NCBI GenBank assembly: GCA_965226795.1
Contig: CBDDDZ010000005.1
Span: 896,001 to 960,000, forward strand
Direction: 5' to 3'
DNA: 64,000 nucleotides
Origin: Candidatus Latescibacterota bacterium
GTDB taxonomy: Bacteria > Latescibacterota > UBA2968 > GCA-2709665
This document shows positions 41,826-51,274 of this stretch, piece after piece. A program made the translations under genes and the position numbers. Numbering within the stretch: position 1 is the stretch's first letter; the number at the start of each line of letters is the position of its first letter. The notes under the pieces are model-generated. The model was not told where the DNA came from, ran no database searches, and saw nothing but the letters and a program-made list of their open reading frames with translations.

Positions 41826-43129
41826 GTCCGTTACGTCGTGACAATATCGGGACAAGAGGGCAAATCGACAAATCGGTCGATTTGCCCTCTGTTTTCAGAG
41901 CAGTTCCCGCGGGAAAACTCGCCTGTCTTTGCATTGTGCTCTGCCTCTGTTCGGGTGCAGTTGACGGATCCGGCAGGCCGAATGACGAGTTCAGGGGATT
42001 GTGGGTGGCTCGCCATTGGCTGATGAATCGGGAAAAGGTGATGCTTGCGGTGCGCACCGCCGTAGACGGGCGGATGAACGCGCTCCTGGCCCAGGTTCGG
42101 GGCCGAGGCGATGCCTTCTACCTAAGCCGTGTGGTACCAAGGGCGGATTCTCTCTCCGGAACGGAGTTCGATCCACTTGCGCTTCTCGTGGAGGAGGGGC
42201 ACCGGGCCGGGCTGGAAGTGCACGCTTGGGTAAATATGTACCTCACGTGGCATCCGACAGAGCGGCGGCCTGAGTCGACCCGGCATATATTTCTGCGCCA
42301 TCCCGAGTGGTTCATGCGTTCCGCCGACGGGATCGACATGGGGCGCGTTGAGCTCGATGGCGTAGATCTTGTCAAGCGCGGGGTGGAAGGGCGATATCTT
42401 TCACCTGGCAATTCCGGAGTCCGGACCCATCTGCTCAAGGTCATTGAAGAGATCGTCGAGAAATACGATATTGACGGCATTCACATGGATTATGTCCGGT
42501 ATCCAAATATTCACTATGACTACCATCCCGCAGTGAGGGCGGAATTTACCAGACGCATCGGCCTCGACCCAACTGAATCGAAGGACAGCAAGCGGGAGCC
42601 CGGCGGCGAGACGGACGTGACCGATGTCAGGCAGGTATGGGAAAAATGGCGGAGTGAACAGGTCAGCGTGCTGGTTGGTCAGGTGCATGAGCTGATTGCA
42701 CGGCTCAAGCCCGCTGTCAAGTTATCCGCGGCCGTCAAGCCGGACATCGGATCCGCATACTCACAATACGGCCAGGATTGGATCGGGTGGACCAACGGAG
42801 GATTCGTGGACTTTGTGGTACCAATGTTCTATGTCGGGTCCACGGCGGAGATCGAACTTCAGATGACCGTAGCCAGGAAGCGCGTGAAAAAGGGGAGTCT
42901 GTATGCCGGAATCGGACTCTGGAATCAAGAAGCCGGCGACACGGCCGCTCAGATTGACATCGCGCGACGTGTAGGATTCCAGGGTGTCGTGTTGTATTCC
43001 GTCGATGGATTCGTACAGCAGCACGGTCTGATGGGCGAGTTGCGCAAGGGCCCATTTCGAGAGCCGTCGGCCCGGCCGAAGCCGAAATCGAAGGAGGAGG
43101 GCACCTGTGCTGAAACCCAGGCGCGGTGA
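41822..43129 (+). CDS. Glycosyl hydrolase-like family 10 (DUF187/YddW-type) exported protein; start uncertain
   Basis: EFRGLWV, QVRGRGDAFY, FDPL, LEVHAW, YDIDGIHMDYVRYP, QDW..W. Confidence 0.82.
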   Translation: MSPLRRDNIGTRGQIDKSVDLPSVFRAVPAGKLACLCIVLCLCSGAVDGSGRPNDEFRGLWVARHWLMNREKVMLAVRTAVDGRMNALLAQVRGRGDAFYLSRVVPRADSLSGTEFDPLALLVEEGHRAGLEVHAWVNMYLTWHPTERRPESTRHIFLRHPEWFMRSADGIDMGRVELDGVDLVKRGVEGRYLSPGNSGVRTHLLKVIEEIVEKYDIDGIHMDYVRYPNIHYDYHPAVRAEFTRRIGLDPTESKDSKREPGGETDVTDVRQVWEKWRSEQVSVLVGQVHELIARLKPAVKLSAAVKPDIGSAYSQYGQDWIGWTNGGFVDFVVPMFYVGSTAEIELQMTVARKRVKKGSLYAGIGLWNQEAGDTAAQIDIARRVGFQGVVLYSVDGFVQQHGLMGELRKGPFREPSARPKPKSKEEGTCAETQAR

Positions 43130-44471
43130 TCAGATAGAAATCGACATCGAGCGGCTGGACCGACGGGGAAACGGGTTGGGTCGGATGGGCGCCTACACCT
43201 TGCTGGTGAGAGGCGCAGTGCCTGGAGACCGGGTCCGGGCGCGGGTGCGCAAGGTCAGAAACCGATTGTGGCGGGCTGAAGCTAGGCTGGAGGAGCTTCT
43301 CTCCACCGATATTCAGCGGACCAGTGCGAAATGTTCTCACTTTGGGCTATGCGGCGGGTGTTTGTGGCAGGATATACCCTATAAGGACCAGGTTCGATTG
43401 AAGCAGGACATGTTGCGGACCTGCTTGGTGGAGGCCGGAATTGATGCGGAACCCGACGCGCCGATACCTTCCGGGGAACCCTTTTTCTACCGGAACAAGA
43501 TGGAATTCTCCTTTGGCTCGTCGCCGGACGGGCGGACCGAGGTGGGGTTGCACGTTTGGGGGCGTTTCGACCGTGTATTCGACCTGGATGCCTGTTATCT
43601 GCAGTCGGACACGTCCAACCGGATCGTTGAACGCGTGCGGAGCCTTACCAGGTCGCTCTCCGTTTACCATTTAAAACGGCACGAAGGCCTGCTCAGATTC
43701 CTGACCATACGTGAGGGTAAACTGACGGGTGAGACCATGGTTGTGCTGACCACGTCTGGAGAGGCGTTTCCCGAGGCCGAGACGTTGGGAAAGATGCTGG
43801 AGGAGACGTTTCCTGAGGTGAAGAGTGTGATCCGAAGCGTCAATCTGCGACGAGCTCAGGTGGCCACAGGCGACCGTGAAGAGGTGCTTGCGGGGATGGG
43901 TGCCGTCAAAGAAAAATTGGGGGATTTCACGTTCGAGATATCGCCGGGTTCATTTTTTCAGACCAACACCCGCCAGGCCCAGCATCTTTACAGACGGGTG
44001 GTTGAGTTGGCTGAACCGGGTCCGGATGACCGGATTCTGGATGTGTATTGTGGAACAGGCGCGATTTCGTTGTATTTGTCGCAGAACGCAGGCCACGTTC
44101 TGGGCATTGAACTCGTCGAAGGGGCGGTTCGTGATGCGGTTCGCAACAGCGCGATAAACGGCGTGTCCAACTGCCGGTTCATCGCGGGTGCGGCGGAAGA
44201 TATCCTGTGGCAGATCCGGGAGCAGGGCGAACGATTTGAAACCGTGGTCACCGATCCCCCGCGGCCGGGTATGCATTTGAAGGCGATAACCGCGATCTGT
44301 GATCTGCGTCCGGAGCGCATCGTGTATGTCTCGTGCAATCCGGAGGCGTTGGGTACGGACCTGAAGCGCCTGGAGGCCGCAGGTTACAAGACGGATTACG
44401 TACAGCTCGTGGATATGTTTCCCCATACACCGCACTGCGAGGTCGTGGCACGGTTGAGGAACCAGGCCTGA
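43107..44471 (+). CDS. rlmD: 23S rRNA m5U methyltransferase RlmD/RumA (TRAM + Fe-S)
   Basis: CSHFGLCGGC, YRNKMEF, SFFQTN, DVYCGTG, DPPRPG, YVSCNP, DMFPHT. Confidence 0.92.
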   Translation: MLKPRRGDQIEIDIERLDRRGNGLGRMGAYTLLVRGAVPGDRVRARVRKVRNRLWRAEARLEELLSTDIQRTSAKCSHFGLCGGCLWQDIPYKDQVRLKQDMLRTCLVEAGIDAEPDAPIPSGEPFFYRNKMEFSFGSSPDGRTEVGLHVWGRFDRVFDLDACYLQSDTSNRIVERVRSLTRSLSVYHLKRHEGLLRFLTIREGKLTGETMVVLTTSGEAFPEAETLGKMLEETFPEVKSVIRSVNLRRAQVATGDREEVLAGMGAVKEKLGDFTFEISPGSFFQTNTRQAQHLYRRVVELAEPGPDDRILDVYCGTGAISLYLSQNAGHVLGIELVEGAVRDAVRNSAINGVSNCRFIAGAAEDILWQIREQGERFETVVTDPPRPGMHLKAITAICDLRPERIVYVSCNPEALGTDLKRLEAAGYKTDYVQLVDMFPHTPHCEVVARLRNQA

Positions 44472-44555
44472 CGATCCGGTTTGTCGCAGGATATGGACAA
44501 AACAAAGCAGAGGACTTATACATCCTCTGCTTTTTCGGTTTTTCGAACCGGCAGT

Positions 44556-45029
44556 TCAATCCCTGCTGATATCCAGAATCTCATATGCGAGCGTACCCAC
44601 CGGAACCTTCGCTTCCACCTGTTCTCCAACGCTTTTACCCAGAAGAGCGCGGCCAACGGGGGATTGTGTCGAGATCTTGTTCTGTTCGAAATCGGCCTCG
44701 TCGGTCGATACCAGCGTATACCGGATCTGTTCTCCGGTTCTGCGGTCCTTTATCGTGACCGTGGCGCCGAGATAGGCCTTATCCTTGGCAATAAGGCTCT
44801 CGTCGATGATTTCAGACCGAACCAGTTTATCGTGGAGTTCGGCGATCTTTTTCTCGACGAACATCTGTCGCTCTTTTGCGCTATGGTATTCCGCGTTCTC
44901 GCTCAGGTCTCCATGTTCCCGGGCTCTGGAGATGGCCTCGATAACCGTCGGCCGTTCCCGGGTTCTGAGACGCTCCAGTTCAGTCCGGATCTTCCTGTAA
45001 CCGTCTCGTGTGAGGTAAATCCGATCCAT
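44556..45029 (-). CDS. greA: Transcription elongation factor GreA
   Basis: AREHGDLSENAEYHSAKE, ISTQSPVGRALLGK. Confidence 0.96.
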   Translation of the reverse strand: MDRIYLTRDGYRKIRTELERLRTRERPTVIEAISRAREHGDLSENAEYHSAKERQMFVEKKIAELHDKLVRSEIIDESLIAKDKAYLGATVTIKDRRTGEQIRYTLVSTDEADFEQNKISTQSPVGRALLGKSVGEQVEAKVPVGTLAYEILDISRD

Positions 45030-45181
45030 TGTCGTGTCTCACTCCCTCGATTGCGGATTTCAGGGACTCGCGGGCCCTGTAATTTTAAGAAAAAATACCG
45101 GGGATCCGAATCTGAGGACGGCCCCGCCGTGTACGTCGAAAACGATGGTGGTGAATCCGAAAATGGACTCTAAGATGCTTA

Positions 45182-45210
45182 AAAATAAGATCTTTTTTGA
45201 ACAAAGTCAA
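45182..45210 (-). promoter_or_regulatory. Promoter for greA
   Basis: Minus strand TTGACT, 17 nt spacer, TATTTT. Confidence 0.55.
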
Positions 45211-45237
45211 GATCAAAAGGACCCGGGGAGGTTCGGT

Positions 45238-45266
45238 TTGACATCTTCGACAAAGGTTGGTATACT
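45238..45266 (+). promoter_or_regulatory. Promoter for dapA-like/adk
   Basis: TTGACA, 17 nt spacer, TATACT with an extended TG. Confidence 0.75.
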
Positions 45267-45325
45267 ATACGTTTGGTGAAACCTTCCCCAAGAAAAAATG
45301 CTGCGGGAACCTTGTGAGGGTGGGA

Positions 45326-46234
45326 ATGGATACCACGTTTGTGCGCGGGCTTATTCCGGCACTCATTACCCCGATGACCTGCGACGAGGCGCTGGATGAA
45401 GCTGGCCTTGAGCGGCTGCTGAATTACGTGATAGCCGCGGGCGCGCACGGCGTATTTGTGGGAGGTACCGCCGGGGAGTCCTGGGCGTTGAGCGTGGAGG
45501 AGAAGATACGGCTTTACCAGTGGACCGTCGGCTATACAGCCGGACGAGTCCCGGTTTATGTGGGAACGGCGGCGAATTGCACAGGCGAGGCCGTGCGGCT
45601 GGCGGAAGCGGCACAGATGGCTGGGGCCGATTGTCTTTCCGTGCTCACGCCTTTCTTTGTCACGCCCGATCCGGGGGAGATGTTCAACCATTTTTCGGCT
45701 ATCGCCCGCGCAGTAGACCTGCCGGTGCTTTTATACGATCTGCCGGCGAGAACGGGTAACAGCCTCTCGGTCGATCTGGTGATGCGCCTGGCGGGGTCAT
45801 TCGGAAATATCGTCGGTATTAAAGACAGTTCGGGTGATTTTGCCCGGACACTCGACTACCTGCGGTACGCTCCCGAGGGATTTCGTGTTATCATGGGGCG
45901 CGACACGCTGATTTACGCCGCTTTGGTCCACGGCGCGGCAGGGGCAATTGCCGCAAGCGCCAATGTGGCGCCCGAACTGGGGGTTGGCGTTTACGAGCGG
46001 TACACGGCCGGGGACGCGGAAGGCGCCCTGGGTTTCCAGAAGCGCCTTGCTCCGTTGCGATCCGCGTTTTCGTTGGGAACCCATCCGGCAATGCTCAAGG
46101 CCGGGGCAGAACTCGTGGGCGCCGCCGGAGGACCACCCCGTCGACCCGTGAGCAGATTGTCGGGTAGCAATCTGCAAGCGTTGAAAGTCCTGCTTTCAAA
46201 GATGGGAAAGCTGCAATCCTTCGAAGCCGATTGA
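45326..46234 (+). CDS. Dihydrodipicolinate synthase (DapA) family aldolase
   Basis: PALITP, GTAGE, LLYDLPARTG, GIKDSSG; start re-called to ATG 45326. Confidence 0.85.
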   Translation: MDTTFVRGLIPALITPMTCDEALDEAGLERLLNYVIAAGAHGVFVGGTAGESWALSVEEKIRLYQWTVGYTAGRVPVYVGTAANCTGEAVRLAEAAQMAGADCLSVLTPFFVTPDPGEMFNHFSAIARAVDLPVLLYDLPARTGNSLSVDLVMRLAGSFGNIVGIKDSSGDFARTLDYLRYAPEGFRVIMGRDTLIYAALVHGAAGAIAASANVAPELGVGVYERYTAGDAEGALGFQKRLAPLRSAFSLGTHPAMLKAGAELVGAAGGPPRRPVSRLSGSNLQALKVLLSKMGKLQSFEAD

Positions 46235-46279
46235 ATGACTTCAATGGCCAGAGGCCTGAACGTATTGAGGAGCGGCGGA

Positions 46280-46894
46280 ATGATCGATCAACGGGAAAAA
46301 CATCGTGCAATTCTGGTCGTTGGAGCGCCCGGATCGGGCAAGGGCACGCAGGGAAAAATACTCGGGAAGATTCCGGGATTCCATCATCTGGCCTGTGGGG
46401 ACGTGTTCAGGTCGCTGGATCCGAGCAGCGAGCTGGGCAAGATCTTTCTGGCCTACTCGGGCAAAGGCCGGCTGGTCCCGGACCAGTTCACCGTTCAACT
46501 GTGCCTGGACCATATTCGAGGCGCCATAAATAACGGCAGTTTTCGCCCGGATGAGGAAGTTCTTGTCCTCGACGGCATTCCACGCAATTTGCGCCAGGCC
46601 GAAATGATGGCGGATTATATCGACCTCAACCTGCTCATCTATCTGGATATAGCCGATGACAACGTTCTGGTCACACGTGCGCTGCGTCGGGCGCTCCGAG
46701 AAAACCGGCTCGATGATGCAAACGAAGCGGTAATAAGGCGCCGCCTGCGTGAATTCGAGCGGGAAACCGCGCCTCTACTGGACTATTATCCGGCCGAGGT
46801 GATACGCAGGCTTGACGGGGAACAGAAACCGGTAGACGTCTTGCACGAAGTAATCGGAATCATCCAGGAAGTTTATACGGTCACCGGTATCTGA
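46280..46894 (+). CDS. adk: Adenylate/nucleoside monophosphate kinase, short form without LID
   Basis: GAPGSGKGTQ, GDVFR, GRLVPD, LDGIPR, R.DD...IRRRL; start ATG 46280 after GAGGAG. Confidence 0.85.
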   Translation: MIDQREKHRAILVVGAPGSGKGTQGKILGKIPGFHHLACGDVFRSLDPSSELGKIFLAYSGKGRLVPDQFTVQLCLDHIRGAINNGSFRPDEEVLVLDGIPRNLRQAEMMADYIDLNLLIYLDIADDNVLVTRALRRALRENRLDDANEAVIRRRLREFERETAPLLDYYPAEVIRRLDGEQKPVDVLHEVIGIIQEVYTVTGI

Positions 46895-47084
46895 AGCCCG
46901 CAGCCTGTTCGGGTGGATTAACGCCGTCTGTTTTTTCAGGCGGCCGTCGTATTTTCAGAGGTGGCGGAAGTTGGCGTCGCGGGATTGAGGTCGATTGGGT
47001 TCCGCGCAACCTTACCACATGTCGGAAACACGACGCTGTTCATTTGCGGTTCAATCCGCACCATATGGGGGACCATCTGAAGGC

Positions 47085-50000
47085 ATGTTTAGAGTGTGTA
47101 TCGGCTTGATTCTCCTGTTTGTGGTCCCGCCGCGCACGGAAGCGCGCTCGATGAAGGATTGGACGGTGTACCGGCAGGAAGACGGACTTGCCCACAACAT
47201 GGTGACGGCAGTCGTAGAGGCGCGAGACGGCGCACTCTGGTTCGCCACACGGGAGGGTATATCCCGCTATGACGGTCGTACATGGCGCACCTATGGCGAA
47301 GAAGAGGGATTGCCCGGCAGCGGTTTCAGCGAGCTCTTCGAAGCGGAGAACGGCATACTATGGGCCACCGGGGGACTCGGATTTCGTGGGCAGGCAGAAA
47401 ACCACATCGCCCGTCTGACGGGCGACCGGTGGGAACCGGTCAAACTGCCCGGAAACCTTGCGGACGTCGGCGTGGGACCGATCGTCGGCGTCGACGAGGG
47501 CGGCCTCTGTTTTGCAACGGCGGGTCTGGGGATACTCCATTATGCCGGTGACGAATGGAAGACCATCGACCAAGAGGATGGACTGGCGTCCAACCATGTG
47601 CAATGTCTCTTTCGTTCGAAAGACGGGGCCGTGTGGGCGGCGTACGCGGGGCGGCGCCCGGGCGCGCCGTTTTCACCCCCGTCCAGACACGGGCCCGGTC
47701 GGGGGGTCAGCCGGTACGACCCGGAAACGAAAGGATGGAAGCAGGTGGCCGCGCCCAGCGAACTGGCGATGGGCGCCGTGACCGCGATGGCACAGGCGAC
47801 CGACGGCGCCGTCTGGCTGGGGACCGAAAACCGGGGGGTATTGCGTTACGACGGTATAAATTGGCAAGCGTTTGCGGCGGCAGACGGATTGCCCTCTGAT
47901 CGGGTGCTGGCCGTTGCCGCGGCGCCTGATGGGTCAGTATGGGTGGGAACCGTCGGTGGTGTCGTTCGATTCACGACATCTGAAGGGGAATCGCCGGCCG
48001 GGGGTCGCTGGCGAATTCTTCAGGTCTTTACGGAAGAGAACGGCCTCCCCAGCAATCTGGTCACATCCGTCCGTGCTGGCAGGGACGGAACCGTCTGGGT
48101 GGGAACGGCGTGGGGTGTCGCGCGGTACGGCGCAACGGGATGGGATCACCACGATCGGTGGGCGGGCGCGGACGACAGGGGCGGCGTCGCCCTTGAGCGT
48201 ACGGACGATGGACGCCTATGGGCGGCCACCGGAGAAGGGATTTACGGTTTCGAGCGTGGCATCTGGGAGAAGGTGTACCGAATGCGAACCGGACGCCGCC
48301 GTCCCGGGTTCGGGCGTGTTGTAGATCTGAGGAGAGCAAAGGGCGGCAAAATGTGGGCGGCAATCGATCGGCGGGTGGTGAGTTTTGATGGGACAGACTG
48401 GAAGGTGTTCGAACTGCCCGTAACCGGCCCGAGGTCTCGCATTCTGTCGATATTTCCGGCGCATGCGGGTGGCGTTTGGGTGGGCACGCGACGTGGATTG
48501 TTTCGATTCGATGGAAAGGATTGGTCGGCGCATACGCCGGAAATCGAAGGAGGGGTGAGCGCGATTTACGAGTCAGACGACGGTACTCTCTGGCTTGGCG
48601 CCGATGGCGGTGTGGTTCTTGAGAGGGACGGTGAACGTCGGGTTTTTACGTCAGTCGACGGGTTGCCTGGCGAGCCGGTCATCGCCCTGGCGGAGACGCA
48701 CGGTGCGGTCTGGGCCGCAACGCGATTCAAGGGGATGTTTCGGTACAATCAGGGCGGGTGGGAGGCTGTGCCTAAGGGAGATCAAACGGTTTTCGGGGGG
48801 GCACACCGGCTTTTCGTGGATGACGATGGCATACTCTGGTTGGCATCACTTGCGATCGGGGCGGTTCATACCGACGGTAAGACTTGGACGCGTTATACGA
48901 CGCGCAGCGGCCTTCCCGGTGCCCGGGTGTGGGACATCGCGCAGGACAGGTACGGACGGTTATGGTTTGCCACGGAGAAGGGACTGGGATGCTATTCGCG
49001 GGACACCGATGCGCCTGAAACCACGCTGTCGATGCCTTCCGACGAGGTAGCGCCCTACCAGAGTATCCTGTTCAAGTTCTCCGGTCAGGACGCGTGGAAA
49101 CAGACACCGACACGCGAGTTGAAATACGCCTGGAGGCTCAATGGAGAGGTCTGGATGCCGTTTATTCGGGTCAGAACGCCTGGAATCTGGACGGCGTTTA
49201 CAGCTGAAGATTATACGTTTTTGAGTGGGCTCGTTCCCGGCCGTCATACATTTGAAGTTCGTGCGATGGATCGGGAATTCAATATCGATCCGACACCGGC
49301 GCAACATCATTTTGTGGTTCTGGCGCCCGTGTGGCGGCGTCCGTGGTTCGTCGCCCTGAGTGTATTCTCAATCGTGGCCCTCGGCGTATCGTCCGGATAC
49401 GCGCTTCACCGACATCGGCGGTGGCAGGAGGCTCAGGCCCGCCAGATTCACGAATTGGAATCCGAGTTACAGAAAGCGCACCGGATGCAGATGGGCCTGC
49501 TGCCTACGACCCCGATACGAGACGATTCTTTTGAAATCGCGGGGGTCTGCGCGCCCGCGAACCACGTTGGTGGCGATTATTTCAATTATTTCTGGCTGGA
49601 CGAGTCTCGCCGGACACTGGGCTTTGGCGCGGCAGACGTGTCGGGAAAGGCGATGGAGGCGGCCGTCCACGCGATGCAGTTAAGCGGCATTTTCCGATAC
49701 GAATTTCGAGGCAAAAAACCGCTTGCCGAGGTTGCGAGGAGGCTGGACGAGGATTTAAGGGAGCAGATGGATGAGGCCAGCTTTGTCACCTGCTGCCTTG
49801 GCACGCTGGATCTTGAGACACGGTGCGTGCAACTGATCAATGCCGCTCATCCCTTCCCGTACCATTATTGCGCCAGCGCACATGAATTGCGCACGATTCA
49901 CCTGCCGTCCATTCCGCTGGGCATGGTGTTGCCTCCGGGAAGTCCCGGCGGGCACGCCGAGGCCACCATCCGGGTCGCACCGGATGATTTGCTTGTGTTC

Positions 50001-50267
50001 TACAGCGATGGCGTGACCGATATGAGAAACGTGGCCGGTGAATTCTACGAGACAGATCGGCTGGAACGAACGATCAAGGCGCATATTCGGGAAAGCGCCG
50101 GGGACCTGGTCTCGGTAATCCTCGAAGACGTTTACCGTTTCAAGGGTGATGCGCCTCAGCCGGACGATATGACGCTTCTGGTGATTCGAATGCTGGAATG
50201 GGGCGTGCGGACACCGGTGGGTGAGGCTGTCGAGCGCAGTGGGGTGCGCGCGGCGGGCGACGTGTGA
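47085..50267 (+). CDS. Membrane sensor: two-component-regulator beta-propellers + Y_Y_Y-like domain + TM + SpoIIE/PP2C phosphatase
   Basis: Signal peptide; repeated DGL.SN.V..../DG..W.GT motifs; PVWRRPWF then TM; VGGDYF, DVSGK, YSDG, PDDMT. Confidence 0.88.
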   Translation: MFRVCIGLILLFVVPPRTEARSMKDWTVYRQEDGLAHNMVTAVVEARDGALWFATREGISRYDGRTWRTYGEEEGLPGSGFSELFEAENGILWATGGLGFRGQAENHIARLTGDRWEPVKLPGNLADVGVGPIVGVDEGGLCFATAGLGILHYAGDEWKTIDQEDGLASNHVQCLFRSKDGAVWAAYAGRRPGAPFSPPSRHGPGRGVSRYDPETKGWKQVAAPSELAMGAVTAMAQATDGAVWLGTENRGVLRYDGINWQAFAAADGLPSDRVLAVAAAPDGSVWVGTVGGVVRFTTSEGESPAGGRWRILQVFTEENGLPSNLVTSVRAGRDGTVWVGTAWGVARYGATGWDHHDRWAGADDRGGVALERTDDGRLWAATGEGIYGFERGIWEKVYRMRTGRRRPGFGRVVDLRRAKGGKMWAAIDRRVVSFDGTDWKVFELPVTGPRSRILSIFPAHAGGVWVGTRRGLFRFDGKDWSAHTPEIEGGVSAIYESDDGTLWLGADGGVVLERDGERRVFTSVDGLPGEPVIALAETHGAVWAATRFKGMFRYNQGGWEAVPKGDQTVFGGAHRLFVDDDGILWLASLAIGAVHTDGKTWTRYTTRSGLPGARVWDIAQDRYGRLWFATEKGLGCYSRDTDAPETTLSMPSDEVAPYQSILFKFSGQDAWKQTPTRELKYAWRLNGEVWMPFIRVRTPGIWTAFTAEDYTFLSGLVPGRHTFEVRAMDREFNIDPTPAQHHFVVLAPVWRRPWFVALSVFSIVALGVSSGYALHRHRRWQEAQARQIHELESELQKAHRMQMGLLPTTPIRDDSFEIAGVCAPANHVGGDYFNYFWLDESRRTLGFGAADVSGKAMEAAVHAMQLSGIFRYEFRGKKPLAEVARRLDEDLREQMDEASFVTCCLGTLDLETRCVQLINAAHPFPYHYCASAHELRTIHLPSIPLGMVLPPGSPGGHAEATIRVAPDDLLVFYSDGVTDMRNVAGEFYETDRLERTIKAHIRESAGDLVSVILEDVYRFKGDAPQPDDMTLLVIRMLEWGVRTPVGEAVERSGVRAAGDV

Positions 50268-50308
50268 AAAGGGCCTCGTCGGCGTTCGTTTGCGTCCGTG
50301 GGGTCGGA

Positions 50309-51154
50309 TCAGGCGATTCTTTTCTCCGCGGATTCCACGGTCTGGGTGATTAGCGTGGCAATGGTCATCGGCCCGACGCCACCGGGCACCGGGGTGTACG
50401 CCGCGCATCTGTGGACGACGACCGAGAGTTCCACGTCTCCGACTGGGCCCGGATGGTAACCGGCGTCGATGACAACGGCGTTGTCTGCGATCCAGTCGGC
50501 CTTGATGAACTCCGGTTGCCCTACTGCGCCAACAACAATGTCGGCCGTGCGGACAATTCGGGGCAGATTTCGGGTTCTGGAATGACAGATGGTCACGGTG
50601 GCGTTTGCATTCAGCAGCATCATGGCCATCGGTTTGCCCAGAATTGGGCTTCGACCGATGACGACGGCGTTTCTGCCTTCCAGCGGAATATCGTATTGAA
50701 AAAGAAGCTTCATGATGCCTTCGGGTGTTGCCGCGCCGTAGGCTGACGCCCCCATAGCCATGAGGCCGAAGCCCTGCGCGGTGACGCCATCCACGTCCTT
50801 TTCGGTCGAGATCCGGTCGAAGCACGTCCGCTCGTGGATGTGGGAGGGAACCGGGTGCTGGAGAAGAATTCCGTGCACGTCGGGATTGGCGTTGAGTTTG
50901 TCGATCTCGGCCAGGAGTTCGCGTGTGGTGGTTTCTTCCGATAACAGGACTTTCAATGAGTCCATGCCCACCCGATTGCAAGCGTTGCCCTTCATTCTCA
51001 CGTAGGTGGCCGAGGCGGGGTCGTCTCCAACCAGGATGGTGGCCAGGACGGGGACCTGACCGCCCGCCCTTCCCTTGATACGTGCAACGCGGCTCTTTAG
51101 TTCAGTTTCAATTTGCCTGGCAAGCGATTTGCCGTCCAGAACTGTTGCAACCAT
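50309..51154 (-). CDS. folD: Bifunctional methylene-THF dehydrogenase/cyclohydrolase
   Basis: [34 protein letters not shown]; start re-called to ATG 51154 after GGAGG. Confidence 0.95.
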   Translation of the reverse strand: MVATVLDGKSLARQIETELKSRVARIKGRAGGQVPVLATILVGDDPASATYVRMKGNACNRVGMDSLKVLLSEETTTRELLAEIDKLNANPDVHGILLQHPVPSHIHERTCFDRISTEKDVDGVTAQGFGLMAMGASAYGAATPEGIMKLLFQYDIPLEGRNAVVIGRSPILGKPMAMMLLNANATVTICHSRTRNLPRIVRTADIVVGAVGQPEFIKADWIADNAVVIDAGYHPGPVGDVELSVVVHRCAAYTPVPGGVGPMTIATLITQTVESAEKRIA

Positions 51155-51274
51155 CGCGCCTCCCTGTGCTACCATACACCCGGGAATGGATACGGCGGCC
51201 TCACCGCTGCGGAGTCTATCCGTCTGATAACTGGCGGCGAACCTCACGCTCCGAAATCCGACCTCAGCGAATGC

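Noticed and set aside
51155..51274. ZTP or THF riboswitch between purL and folD
   Set aside because: I could not find the consensus elements of either family on the minus strand.
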